The notes beneath the pieces were generated by a model that was not told the origin of the DNA, ran no database searches, and was given only the letters and a program-made list of their open reading frames with translations. Positions 21,788 to 35,500 of a stretch of DNA of 64,000 nucleotides are shown here, one piece after another. The position numbers were made by a program, and so were the translations under genes. Source of the stretch: Tubulanus polymorphus (lineage: Eukaryota > Animalia > Nemertea); NCBI RefSeq assembly GCF_964204645.1, contig NC_134026.1, positions 26,756,150 through 26,820,149 of the forward strand, in the 5' to 3' direction. The stretch's first letter is position 1. Every line of letters begins with the position of its first letter.

Positions 21788-23227
21788 GATTTAACATTAA
21801 ATATGCGTTCGTATTGTATTATGGCGCTGTGATATTCAGAATATCTATAACTTTATAAACTGAAACAGCTTTCAGCAGAGTTCAAGGTAGCGTACCGTGT
21901 CCTGTATATCACGTGATAACAAACATGCAATTCGGTGCTTTACAAATATAGAACTGTAATCAGGATGTAAATTTATATAAATCTAAATACTTATATACAG
22001 ATTATTTTATGAATTTTAATTTTTACACAAAGTTGTTTGAGTCAGGTCTAAACTCAGTAAGTGCAATAATTTGTGCTGATGTCTTAAATATGAATACACA
22101 TGCATGCATACCGAATATTGCATTTTTCTTTTTTTCGCGTTTGAATTGGTCTTCTCGGTTTTGAGTGAAGCTTCAGCATTCATTCGGCAGACTAGTTTAT
22201 TCATCGGAGACAGCCATCACATTCAAAAACACAATTATCAATTGTAATTATTAGATATAACTAGAGATGAATATTTATTATTGAGAATTATCACAAAACG
22301 TTTTCACACATTAATATCGTTACATCGTAAGTACATGTACCTACACAATATAATGCTCTTTTCACATCCAAGCAGTTCAATAATTCATCTCAGATCTTGC
22401 CTGTCATGCCACAAACGATGGACCATGACTATTAATTTTAACTGTTATCAAAGCCTCACACATCAAGAGCAGTGACAATGATTATAATGGGATGAACAGA
22501 ATTCTATACCTATGCCCACATTTATATACATTTAGTGTCGGGGATACCTCCTTTAATCATATTTCATGTCATCACAATAGAATATCCTTTTCCATAGTAC
22601 AGATAGTCACATTTATCAATTAGAACATAGCCCCTCATGGAACTGAAAATTCTATCACATTATTTTTCCATCATCGGAACTTAGCGGAATACACTGGTAT
22701 AAAACCAAAGATATTAATATTTACAGATGTATTCGAAGAAAATTTCAATACATACTGCTGCTGTATATACTGATATAGCCACCAGATTTGTACATAGCCT
22801 ATTACTAAGAATTATGCTACATTACTCCAGCTGTAGTGAATGATACAATACAATTTTAGAAATCAATAAGAGGTATGTACCATATACATATTAGTATAAA
22901 TATTATTCAATTTTGCAGTAAAATAACTGATTTAATGAGATGACATAATTATAAGCAAAACTCTAAAAAGTGTAACGTTTAACATCATAGACTCTGAGCA
23001 ATATTTGATAATGCTTGGAATGCTAAAAATCAAAGGAACCTGACATGAAAATAATTTCAATGATGCCAACCCAGTTGAACTACTGTCACAGCCTGGAGAA
23101 ACCTTTCTCGGATAACTAAATGAAAATAAAAATACCTCGAAGCGTAATAGAATAAAGTTTGTGTAAATGTGTAAACAGGCAGATATTCTCCTTTCACACG
23201 TTACTGTATACTGCACACAATTATTGA

Positions 23228-24956
23228 CTAGTTAGAAGCAGGTGTATATGCTGGTGGTGGTGGCATATTCTGCAATGGAGGATATTTGATAGCATCCTCA
23301 TATTTGGGCGGCAACAACATCTGAAATGAAGAAAACAATACGATATTCACCCTATTCAAAAGGGATCCACTCTAGATGATAAGGAAGTAGGATTTCTTAC
23401 TGCTGCAACGAAAGCTGACCAAAGAAAGTAAAGATATCATGTATCTAGAAAAATACCTCAGAATCCGGTCCATCCTCCATGAAATGAGATACTGCTTCGT
23501 TCAACAGCCTCTTACTCAAGTACTTGTAGCAAGCCCAAACAACACCAATGAAATACGCCTGAAAACATTATACATTGATTGTCCATAATCCACATCTAAA
23601 TGTTCTGAATATCTGCTTCACAGCAACAGAGTTTACTCACCTTAAGAGACATGATAAGAACGAACACAGTGACAACAACCAACATCAACCATTGTTCATC
23701 GTAGTCAACTAATCGTTCTTTGAATGGTAAGTTATCCTATAACATCAGAAAGATAACGAAACCAAACATATATTTTGTGTAGGATAGATAATGCGACGAA
23801 ATACTTAGATCAAAATTTACTGATAGAATTGAGTATCTTACCTGGTCAGTGATCCACTCCTTTATATTAGGCATATATGAGAAATAGCATACGACACTTA
23901 GACAGGTTATACAGAAGTCAAAAACTTGAAGACAGAAAAACGGCATCAAATAACCAGGACGACCCTACGACAGAAAACACAATTCAATCCAATATAATAT
24001 CTTTTTTATCTTGAGTTTGATGAATAATTCAAATATTTAACAATTGACTAAACGTACTCGTAGTGTTCCATAGACCAGCATTACAGTAATCATGAATGAA
24101 CAGAACGTTATGAGGAAACCAACAAATTTGTCTTCTGTAATATAAAATTTTAAATAATGATAATGTCAGTATTTCACATGACCACAGCAGCTGATACTGA
24201 TAATTTTTTTAACCTTTCGTCCATTTTCTGTCTTGGAACCAGTTAAAAGTAGCGTCTTCAGAACGGTCATCGTAACCACTGAGATAAACGTTCATTGTAT
24301 CTGCAGCCACAGCATCAGCTGTTTTATTCGGGAATTGTAACAGCTGAGGATGAATCATCATTATAGTAAATAATGATAACACTACCAGATGAGCAACCTG
24401 AAATAAAAAAACATTCTCTGATTATTGTTCATAAACCATAGCCTGCTAAATAAAATGGAAATGGACATTTTGCTACAGTAGCATTCTTGTAGACTATTTT
24501 GCCTTCTAGATTATTCCGATTGCGCACTGATGATGTGCCTTGAAAGTCTAGAAGATGCTGTACTACGATTATGCTTTGCCCAGATTCAATCCTGAATTTT
24601 TTAAGCCACGCACCCTAGTGTGCATGTGGGATGTGAATAAGCCTGTGCCAGGATGAGTTATCAAATATCTGCATATGCCGAGTAGGCAAAATATCCATTC
24701 CTTTTCCTAATTCCTGAATGTCCCGAACAATCATTGTAAAAAATATGCCATGGTTATCTGAAGAATGTGACATTATGAACACTAAGACGAGGCAGGTGAT
24801 TCTTCATTCAGCCTTATCCAATTCACTAAAAATAGCTTATCAAATAAACCAACTTACCAAATGCCATAGGCCCAGAAACATGGTGCCCGTACGAACATGG
24901 CAGCAAAAGCAACACCTGTATTCATTTGCATCTTCTCGGCCTAATTTCATCCTCAT
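23228..24956 (-). CDS. LAPTM4: Lysosomal-associated transmembrane protein 4, multi-exon
   Basis: N-terminal RCCFCCHVRTGTMFLGLWHL; hydrophobic exons (MPFFCLQVFDFCITCL; AYFIGVVWACYKYL); C-terminal PY motifs LPPKYEDA and PPPPAY, then TAG. Confidence 0.92.
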
Positions 24957-25059
24957 GTTGACTCTTATCTTTGTCTACAGTAACGAGATTTGTGCTCGAT
25001 ATTAATATGAATTAGAGCAATGCGTCGTTTTTCGACACAACGGTCGACGTATACGAAAT

Positions 25060-25145
25060 TTCGAGCCTTATTTCGCAAAATTCTAAACCAGGAAGTGAAA
25101 TTCGCTATACAGTAAATGATAACAAATATGGCCGACTCGTGGTAT
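25060..25145. promoter_or_regulatory. Likely promoter region between divergent LAPTM4 and the C8orf89-like locus
   Basis: ETS-like CAGGAAGTG (~25089) and YY1-like AATATGGCCG (~25125) about 130-180 nt upstream of the LAPTM4 ATG. Confidence 0.35.
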
Positions 25146-25381
25146 TACTACGCAAAGTTGACATCATTCACGCTGAATTTAATTTGGATGATAGTTTACT
25201 GCTTTATTCAAACTAACACTAAATAATAAAGAGATGTATGACTTTTACGATCATAAGAAATACGGGAAATGGTATATATATTGCGCGATAGCACATTCAA
25301 TTCCGTACTATTTCTACAGTATTAGGGGTATTCAAAAATGCAAAAACGTAAAATAAATGTATATCAAGTCAATTCATTATC

Positions 25382-25430
25382 AGAGAACATACCCCGGGAA
25401 GCGAGGAGAGAACATGCCCTGGTAAGCGAG
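25382..25430. repeat. Two-copy ~25-bp imperfect direct repeat
   Basis: AGAGAACATACCCCGGGAAGCGAG then AGAGAACATGCCCTGGTAAGCGAG. Confidence 0.6.
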
Positions 25431-26006
25431 TGAACTACTTAGCAGACGCGCTTTGTTACTCTGCTTCGATGCCAGTGCTATTTTGGGTGTTTACTGTCCC
25501 CTGACTTCCATAGATGAAAAAATATTCAAAAATGTATAGAAAACAATATCAATATAAGTTTCAATATGATTAACTTCGGATCAGGCGGGAATATTTCAAC
25601 GCGTCAGTCCATTATTATCAATCGATTGCTGTTCGGCTCACGGTGGGTATTTTAAAAGAACTATCGCCAGTGTTCTTTTTCGCCCATCGCCTCACAAGTA
25701 TGGAATTAAATCGACATTTAATGCCCTTATCAACAAACCACATGCAGGGACACCAAGGGGCCTTGTTAAGGGAATTAAATATTCAAGAATTTTTCAAAAA
25801 CAGGCAAAAAGTAGGGTTGCAGCAAATTAAGGAACGAATTACAAATGTACCAGCTTGGACGCCGGCAGCGGGTCGGTAGATTACGGATTATGCCACTTTT
25901 ACCCGATCATGACTATAAGAATTAAAAGATAAAACTATTACTTTCTTTTTCAGTTAATGAAATGCCAATTGATCGAATCGAGTGAGACGAACTGCTGATT
26001 TGATCA

Positions 26007-26571
26007 ATGATGAAAAATAAAAGTCGTGCAAAGTCTGGGCCTCTTCCCAAAAGAAAAGTAAAACACCATGAAAAATCTGACAAGTCACAAATCAGCACCA
26101 GCAGCCAAATCATCAGCAAAAATCACACGACAATTCTCCAAAAAATTCCTGGGAACCAAATAGAAACGACAGCTTGCAATGAATTAACCCTATTGGAACA
26201 ACAACACCCGGCAGCCTGCAAAATAATTGATGATGCAGTTGAAAATAAATGCCAAAAGAAAACTATTGACCAAATCCTCCTGTCAGGAGGTCCTCAAGAT
26301 TCACCAACAAAATCCTCAACCCCAGAATCAGTTGTTTGTCCTACAACTGTTACCCTGTCATACACAACTGGTGCACCTTCCTGGGTTTCAACTGTTCCAA
26401 CTGTAATTACATTAAACTATGAATCGATTGCTTCGAATTTGCGCTGCCGCCGGCCAAATTCTGCTTCAAGAAAATCACTAGCACTTTCGGCAATTGGAGA
26501 TGAGAGGGTTTATGAAGAAATAGAACCGTCATTAGAACACGCAGTTCCACCACCGAGAACCATCCATCTTC
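26007..26571 (+). CDS. Variable unit V1, first exon (phase-1 donor)
   Basis: ATG 26007, 188 open codons, ends C|GTAAGT at 26572; joins TTAG|GTCCT (27916) to give RPIPPDTRRYDGTGFS. Confidence 0.6.
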
Positions 26572-29500
26572 GTAAGTTAATGACAAAATGTTTATCTCTA
26601 TTATCTAAATACATTGGAATCTCGTCAATACAAATCTTGAAGTCAAAATTAAAATTGCAGGGTCCGATCTAAGCACTTGTCCGATTGCCCAGGATAAGTA
26701 TATTCTCATCAGGGCAAGTAGGTTATCATTATCACTTGTCCCCCCGGGCTAGTGCAATTTTATGTCACAAAGCTTTTTTCCCACTCGATACAACAGATGA
26801 TAGTACCCCCAATCGGACTGCCTGTGTAGGGCAAGTAGCTTTTGGAGCGGGCAAGCGAAATTTCAGATATGCTTGCCCCACGGGCAAGTGGCTTTTATTC
26901 CTTAGATCGGACCCTGAAATTGTTGTATTAAACAGTTTTCGTATTATCCAAATCTTGATTCTTAGCTGCGGACATGCTGGAAATCATCGTACTGATCGCG
27001 TTTTGTCTTAAATGGAATTGTATTAACGAGGTTCAACTCGAGTAAGAATTATTACTCCAAAGGGAGCATATAGGCATGAGTGAAGCAAAATTAAAATAAT
27101 TCTCCTGACTTATTAAGAAAACGATTTATGGTAATTTTCGTAGTTTTTGTGTTATAGAATTTAGACTAATTAAGCAATCCATCTTGGTAGGCTAATTCTG
27201 AGGAATGGTTGGAAAGCAGGCTTTGCTACATTTCATTTTGCAAACATTCCCTGTCAAGTGCATGCACTCCTCCATTGAATGTTTAGGATACTAAATATTG
27301 CATATGGTAAAAGAGAACTGGAATCATAAAATGTCCAATTGTAACACATTCCACTAAATTTATGTATTTCACACTAATGCGTTCTTCTCTTTTCTATTCA
27401 ACACCTTACTGTAACAAAACAATAGTGCATATAGTAAAGGAACTTATTAATGATTTATGTTAGACTGGGTGTTTCCTTACCACTTCATGAATATACAAAA
27501 ATCAATACACGTTGTATATTTCTCTCATGCAGTTAACATCACATATAAATAACCGACGAAGCTTACACGCTGTGTAATTATCATCAATGTTAAAAGATAT
27601 TTGGATTTTATCACGTATCTATGCATAATCATCAGTTACCTGTATGTGAGTTGTCTGTACCAGCTTATATGCTTTACCTATGGAGAAAGAATATTCCTTC
27701 GGGGTCTGTTTTATCAGTTAATGGTACCACCTGCCTGCAAGGTATGTTGATGACATCCTCATAATCTTATATTAGCTGGATTTCCCTTCATAAAAAAGAT
27801 ATCTTGATGTCTCATATACTGGTACAAGGTACTGGAATTGTTATATTTTTGGTCTGGAGATGTTATTTTTTCCTGTTTTACAAATCACATAGTAATAGTC
27901 TGAATTTATATTTAGGTCCTATCCCTCCTGATACAAGAAGATATGATGGAACTGGATTTTCAAGGTATCTAGAACGTCAGTCTTTGTTTGAGTAAGTTAT
28001 TTGATATGAATTATCTTGAGACTGACTAGGCCTATATTTCACTTAGTTTCTATTGTAGGCTAATGTATTTCACAGCGTTGTGGTTGACAACAAATCACTT
28101 ATTTGCCTATTGCATGTTTCAATCTATAAATCATTCAGTTGATTTTTGTATTCAATAAACATCACACATAAATTTTATTTTCAAAAGAACCTGCGATTCG
28201 GTTTCTGATGCTGGTTACCAGTTACTAGTTATTAGATAAAGTTATGACATGTCTACAGAAAATCATCTTCAGTCTACAGGAAAGTTGGTGGACTGAGGAA
28301 TCCCTTGATATAAAGACAAGGTCCACTGAATGAGTGTTCAAAGCTTTTAAAAATCCACATTCCATTACGTATGAATACAGGTTCTACTAAATTTAACACG
28401 GATCATAATCACCTACATAAAAACTTACATTTCCATGACGGAAACAAAACCCTACTTTGAGGGATTTAAGGACAGAATTCAAGAGAATCTAACAATCATT
28501 TAGAATTATGTTTAATTTGCAGTCGATGGAGAGACAGTTATAAAGAGCTTAAAGAACATAAGATGATTCAGAGGTGAGTTTTAACATTGTTCATGCAACA
28601 ATAACAAACACTTTCTGCATTTTTGGTTTTGGTGTCAATTAGTTCAGGTCTTCTTTGGATCTCATTTTTGACATGACATGATTATGGTCTATTAGTCACA
28701 TAAACACCGATTAATGTTGTTGTATAGAGTCATTTATCAAAAGTTTTTGCACTACGCATTCGTTGTAATTGTTTAAATCTTTTCAATGTAGACTTCATTA
28801 CCTATAATCTACAGGGGTTCTCACGATATTCTTCATGTAAATGTAATAACTTTTATTTGCTATAGATTTCTTGACCTCGTCGTAATATTTGTTGAGCATT
28901 GCTACAGTATATGTTAGCTTAGAACAATCGTTCTGTCTGACTTTCCATGTTTAGTGGTCATTGTGGATTTTTATGGCTCAGTATTCTAATATCACAATTT
29001 TTTTAGGAATGTGATATAAACGACAGATATGAATGGAGCTAGGATTGACTTCTTGTATTAGGAGCTGACTTGTTAATCTTTGTCTTCATAACTTGTGACA
29101 CACTCTTGGATTAAGGTGTCAATAACATAAACAGATGCTGTTTTTATTTTTATGGTGGCACTGTTTGTATTGAAATGCACTAGCATTGTTATGAATAATT
29201 GTTACCTGAACAGTAAAGGACTTTCTGACGAATGGTTTAGTTGTGTTACAGTACAAATATGTATTAAAGTGCATTGCCCATTAGTTATTATCTTATTTAA
29301 TACATCTGAGTAATTGATTTCTGCTACAAAGTCTAATTGAAGGTGAGTGTCTGATATTAGGACTTAAAAGTCATTAATGAGGATATCAAGATTTTTTAAC
29401 TCAAATCAATTTCTATAAATCCGGATTTGTTAATCTACTCTATTCGCTTTTGGGGGAAAATTAGCTGACATATCACCGTATCATCAGTGAATTGAGTTTT

Positions 29501-32500
29501 ATTCGATAACAAAGTCTCAATTGCTACATTGATCTAACATTGAAACAAGATCTGTTATGTTTAGAGGCTGATGCTATTATTCTTGTGCAGTCATAGTGGT
29601 CTGAATCTAATGAAAAGCTTTTAGTGGATCTTGTTCTAAACAATTACGCGACTGGATCTCTCATTCATACCCAGTATCTGCTTCTGTATCAGTTGAAATA
29701 TTTCCCATTCTATTCGCTGGGATTAATCATCGTAGTTGAGCAATTCTTAACGCTACATTTTGAATCAGTTATTTTCCCGGATCATGGAAATTAGGCATGA
29801 ATTTTTCACAAACAGTAATGAGAAATGTGTTCTTGTGCAGATGGAAGGTCATGATGTATCCTTTACAAGAATCTATGGACATAACGGGCTCCGAGTTAGA
29901 TTAGATACGGGACATCGATTGGACAAACTTCCTACTGTACAACAATTGATAAGCCAGCTTACGAAAAAACATGAACAAATCCACCTTCACCGTGTGATGG
30001 GAAAAACTGCAAGAGAAGAAGGACTTAAAACGCGTGATAGCCATTATCAGTCTTATGTGGAGAAAATCGGTCCATTTTATTCACTGACTCCACCTCCGAA
30101 ATTTAGTAAAATCTCGAGTAGAGCTCCTTTATCTGATCGATCACACGCGAAAAAAGTTCGGAAATTCGGACGCATGCAAAGTAAGAAAGACGTCATTGTA
30201 ACGACAGCAGAATTAGCAAAACTCAAACTCAGGGAATTAATGGCTGAAATTCAACCAAACAGGTAAAATGAAATGTCTTAAATTATGAATGTAGGATATC
30301 AGAGGTTAGTATTCATAGCAGCAGTTGTTGAACAATCGTTTTTCCAGCTTAAACAAAAAATGCTGAATGATTTGAGTTACGGGTATTTTCCAACGTACAG
30401 AGCAGAAAAAACTTAAGAGCAGTTTTTTCAGAAATGGAAAAATAAGTTATTTGGCTATTGATGATATTCTATTAGATAAATCATGATTATTTTCTTTTTA
30501 ATTACAAATTTTTGATATAAATGATGATATTTTCATCAATCCAAACACACAGAACTTGAGAAAAGAATATACATATTGTTATTTCAGTTGGTTTCACAAG
30601 CAGATGTTATGTTTGCAATTAATTTCTTCATGTTATGTTTGTTTCCTAGGAGACATTTTTATATAACAAAATCTCGGCGACGACTAATGGCATATTTGAT
30701 CGACCGTCTGTGTTGTCATGAATGTTTGAATACCGGTCTGATTTAATGATGATACTGATTACAAGTTTTCAGCGTATTAAAGTAAAAAATGGTATACTAG
30801 ACATTTGTTCAAACACTATATTTCTCCACATGCCAATATGCTCTTATACCTGTATGCATTATTTTCGATGTGGAGATATAGTATGACTGATTTAAACATG
30901 GGCAGTAATGCAAGGTAAATTCATTTAGATTGTAGATAAGAAAAAGGAAAATTTCATGCACGCATACCCCGTATTAAGCGGTTTAGACTAGAAGAACTAC
31001 CTAATAAAAACATGATTTTTAATTTAAACGTCAATGTTCTATTCTGTCAGCGAGTATAACCACCTATCTGGAGAGTGATAAATGTTTCAGATATCTATAT
31101 AGGGACAATTATTGATATGGGAAAATGTCTTCGTTTTCACATGGTAAACGTATTTCACGGTTGGTTTGTCGCAAATGGTCTTATAAGGGCTATAAATATT
31201 AAATCTTCTGTTAAGTAAGTTTAATCTTGTGCAAGTCAATAAGTCCTTGGTTGATCATATTATTTTTACTGAAATATTAATCGGTTGGACATGTTAGTGA
31301 CATGAAAACCTCATGACTAAGACAACACTGATATATTAAACATAATGGCTACAATGCTATGTACACATGGGAAGTATGAGATAGTGTTGTTATTGGATTG
31401 AAACAAAGTGGACTTTAGCTGCATAGCTGATCATTTCATTGTCAACATTAATTAATATTTCAATGATTTGTTCACCTATTATGGGACATCGATCAGGTTA
31501 TATGCTAGTTATATGATTTTGGTGTCTGAAATGACCAAATATTTGTTCAATTTTAGCGATAAGATGTTATTATCGTGGTTACTTTGGTAAAACTTAATCG
31601 TGGATTGTATAATTACCAAAGGGCAGAATAGAATACTTGTTCTTGGAATATGACATAGCGATCATAGTGCTGTGGAGAGGATAATCGGTATGGATATAAA
31701 AGGAGTTGATCAAGAAACTGAGGTGAAACAAAGCAGTCATCCGATAGGAAATATCAATTCTCAGAAGAATAAAGATATGACGGCTCTACTCGCGAATAAA
31801 ATGATACGTTTGAGATTAATGCATGGAAAAAATCCCTATCATAGTTCATTACCGATTTATCTAGATAACTTGGGGTTATCTTTCAAGAAATCGTACAGAA
31901 AAAAGCCATTCAAGGCTCCGACTACAGCAGTGTTTAGATCACCGGCAACTGTTGTAGGTAAAAAATATAAGATAACCTGTTCAGCGCCTCCGACGTTAAA
32001 AGTGAAATTTGATTTGAAAGACTCGGTGAAGTTTCTAAATGATTTTGTTGTCAAAGCTAAATTAGAACGGTAAGTTATCAATACCTATAGACATTATCAG
32101 ATTTTATGTATTCATTTTTGGTCTAATCATAGATTATAGAAAGTTTCTATATAGTCTATGGCGCAAATTAATCAACTAATTACTGTACTCGTTTAACCTT
32201 TATCGATTATGTCCTGTCTTTGTTATATAAAATTGCTTCTTCAATTTTGCATGTGTTGTATTGATGAACAGGGAAATAATCAACTAGTTTTTTAGTTTGT
32301 GGTCATGGTGAATTTATTTCATTTGGTTTGTTCATTAGCTGCTCTGCCTTCAGTATATTTACTATTCTATCATTGTTTTGCTGCTCGTAGATTTAAAACA
32401 TGGACTTTTGGATTACTACGATATATGTTATTATCAGGCTTCAGGTTTATCTCTACAAATCTCGGTGAAAGATTAGCTTATTTTTTATAATAACAATTTT

Positions 32501-35500
32501 TGTGATCCATTATCATCTAAGGGAATTGTGATTCAATTTCATTTTCTCTTTGCACTGAATTATTTCTAGGTGTATCATGAATTAATTGTTACAAAATTAT
32601 ATGAAAACATTGATTCAACAAAGAGTCCATTAGATATTGCTGGTATACGCCATGCTGTGAAAAAACCTTCGAGCAAAAAATAACTAGGTACACGAAATTG
32701 TGTCATTGATATTGCTTTAAAACCATGCAACTTTTATTATTCCGTAAAATGTGGTATTGTACAAACATAAGAATCTCAGTTTTGAGTAGTAACAGTACCT
32801 AGCTCAGTATAGAGAGCTTACCTTATGAAATAGATTTGCTAAATGCAAGACATTTTATGTGGTATGGACAAGACAGCTTATTGATTGAAGACGCTTTGTA
32901 ATTTTATGCGTTGATAATTGGAACGTGATAAATCAACATGACATCTAATCAATAGACCATTAGGATACATCTTGTCTTTAGATATTAGCTTTGGAATGTA
33001 ATTTCTTTTGCCAAGTTCAATGATAACAAATATGACATACAGAGCTGATTTTTTGTTGAGGAATATTTTGCGAAGAGGATAATATATTCGTGAAGCATAG
33101 GAAATTCTAAGTTGAGTTAGTGCTATGTGGAACTGTAAATATTTGGAAAAGTGATTTATTTGTTAGTGACCAAGGCTTCATTGATTGATGTGTACATTGC
33201 ACAGAAATGTTGATATGGATTTAAGACTCTATGTTTGGAAAATGAATGCATTCTCCGTTATATGGTCGTCAGTTTTGGAGATTTACGCTGTTTCCGACGT
33301 AATTCTGTGAAATTCTGTGATATGTCAAACTTATATCTAAGAAAGAGAGTTGTAAGATTAGCTTCATTTCCTAATTATTTGGAACGTTTCAATAATGCTC
33401 TAGTGAAAGTTCGTTCGAAATATCGGAATTATAGGCTGCCTGCATATAATAGTGATTGCAGCAGGTATGTACTACACATTTATTTTTGAATTAAGTACAG
33501 TAATAATATATGATGAATAGATCTGGACCTATGATGGTACCTTGTCAGATATCAGTCATTTTACAGTAGATGTCGTATTGATCTTGCAATTAAGGGCTGA
33601 TGATCTGGTTGTAAGGCAGGTTTCAATTAAATGTATTCTGGCTAATGAAAAGTAATAGGGAAATTAGGACAGTGCTACAGGCCTCATATCAGGTTAACCA
33701 TGGACGTATAAACTTGACGTACGTATAAACTAGTTTATACGTCCATGGGTTAACAGATTATGCTTTTCTAGCATTTTATGGCCCAAAGAAATAGGTCCAA
33801 CAACGGAAGAGAGTATTCCAGACCTGTTTATTATATGTAACAGCTTAGAATGATCATTCTGAATGATTACTCCAAGATAAATTGTCGATATCACTATGGT
33901 GATTTGTTGCTCCAAATATAAAATTTGAAAACATCCAACCACAGTTGGGTTAAGTGCTTTCCATATGAATTGCCAGGACATCTTCATTTGGTAATGTCTT
34001 TAATTATGTCAGTGTCATACCTTGTCTTTTATATGTGTGTCAATGTAAATTTTATTTATAAATAGTGTCATTCATGTTGCGAACAGTTAGAGACTCTCAC
34101 TGGGGTAAAATATTCCAAAGCCAACCAACTAGAGCGTAGTAAATTGAAAATTAACATGTACAGAATATAGCATAGCTCGTTACTCGCGTCTACAGTTATA
34201 TAGAATAGTTCGAAAATAGTTTACTAATAAAAAGAATGAATCGTTATCTTTGTCTTCCACCGGTTCATTCTCCAGGACCGTACATGGAGAGATATCTGTG
34301 GTAAGTTCATCTTCATTCACTTAATGTTGTTGACCTGAAATCAGAAATTATCGTTTTCAATACTTTTTGTCGATAAATATAGTATTTTTGTTTTGATAAT
34401 GAAATCAACTGTAATACAGGTATACACTCTTATCAGTTGCTGGACATATCTGTATAAGCGCTCATTGAAATATTGACCATACTTCTATACGGAGCTCATA
34501 TTCTTATTTTCCACTCAATCAGTTCTATTCAGGGGCAATCAAGGCATTTGATTTACAAATAATGTGACATGAAAAGAAAGTGATTTTTTAACGGTTAGCT
34601 GTAAAATGAATCGCTTTGAATGTCAAGGAGTCGGGAATCTATTATATAAGCATTTTAGGCATTGACGTCGTTTACAAAGAGAAAGCTTATTTCATGTTTG
34701 TGCAAGGTGCATACGACTAGTAGATCTACATGTAGTTGGGATGGATTAATCAGTGTTTTATATGAGTTTGAGGTGACACAAATATTATTCATCTGAAATA
34801 TGGCGTCACAAACAACATATAGCCAAGATGTTTGTCATCAACATGATTAGCCGTGTACTTTGTGACATTCTTGAAATTCCGTGCTATGTTTCTACTACGG
34901 ACGTACTGTCTTAACCATCGAGCTATTAAATGCAGCATTAGACCGGTGCGATGCAAGATTAATGATTTTCTGTTCGTATAGCAACAGTTAGTTTGAGAGA
35001 CCTGTACAGTTCATCTTAACAATAATCTTCTACCAGCTAATGAATGGATAAATTCAAAGGAATGGAACTATAAGACCGAATCAAAGATAATCGACTAGCT
35101 TTTATCACTAGACGACTAGATGAACGTGTGAGCGATATGAATTTTCGTTTGCCAGATTTAAAACAATCTAAATTTGTAGCTGCATCTATGGTCATTCCGT
35201 ATGACAGTCTAAAACTAAGGTTTCGTTCTGACCCAACACCAGCTGAATTATTCATAGAATATCACCTACGTACAAGGTAAGATTTTACGATAAAGATTTG
35301 CACTTAGTGCTTGCGGTACACTATTCAGAAGTATAAAGCAGATAGTATAGGGTCTTAGAATTAAGATATTATTTCACAATGTAGATTCTAAAGGCAAGAT
35401 GGATTTCTAATGTTAGAAATAGGAAGACTCGATAGAACGTTTATTGTTTGTGAACTTACTCATAGAGGGCAGGTCTGTGTTTAACCAGAGCTCAAAGCTG

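Noticed and set aside
21900-21920. TCACGTGA CLEAR-like element between the lysosomal genes ACP5 and LAPTM4
   Set aside because: Single site in the convergent 3' region rather than a promoter; expected by chance.
25382-25430. Direct repeats as a CRISPR-like array
   Set aside because: Only two adjacent copies, no spacers, eukaryotic context.
25643-25990. ORF 25643-25879 as a coding exon upstream of V1
   Set aside because: All three frames after the 25953 acceptor hit stops before ATG 26007; at most a uORF or 5' UTR exon.
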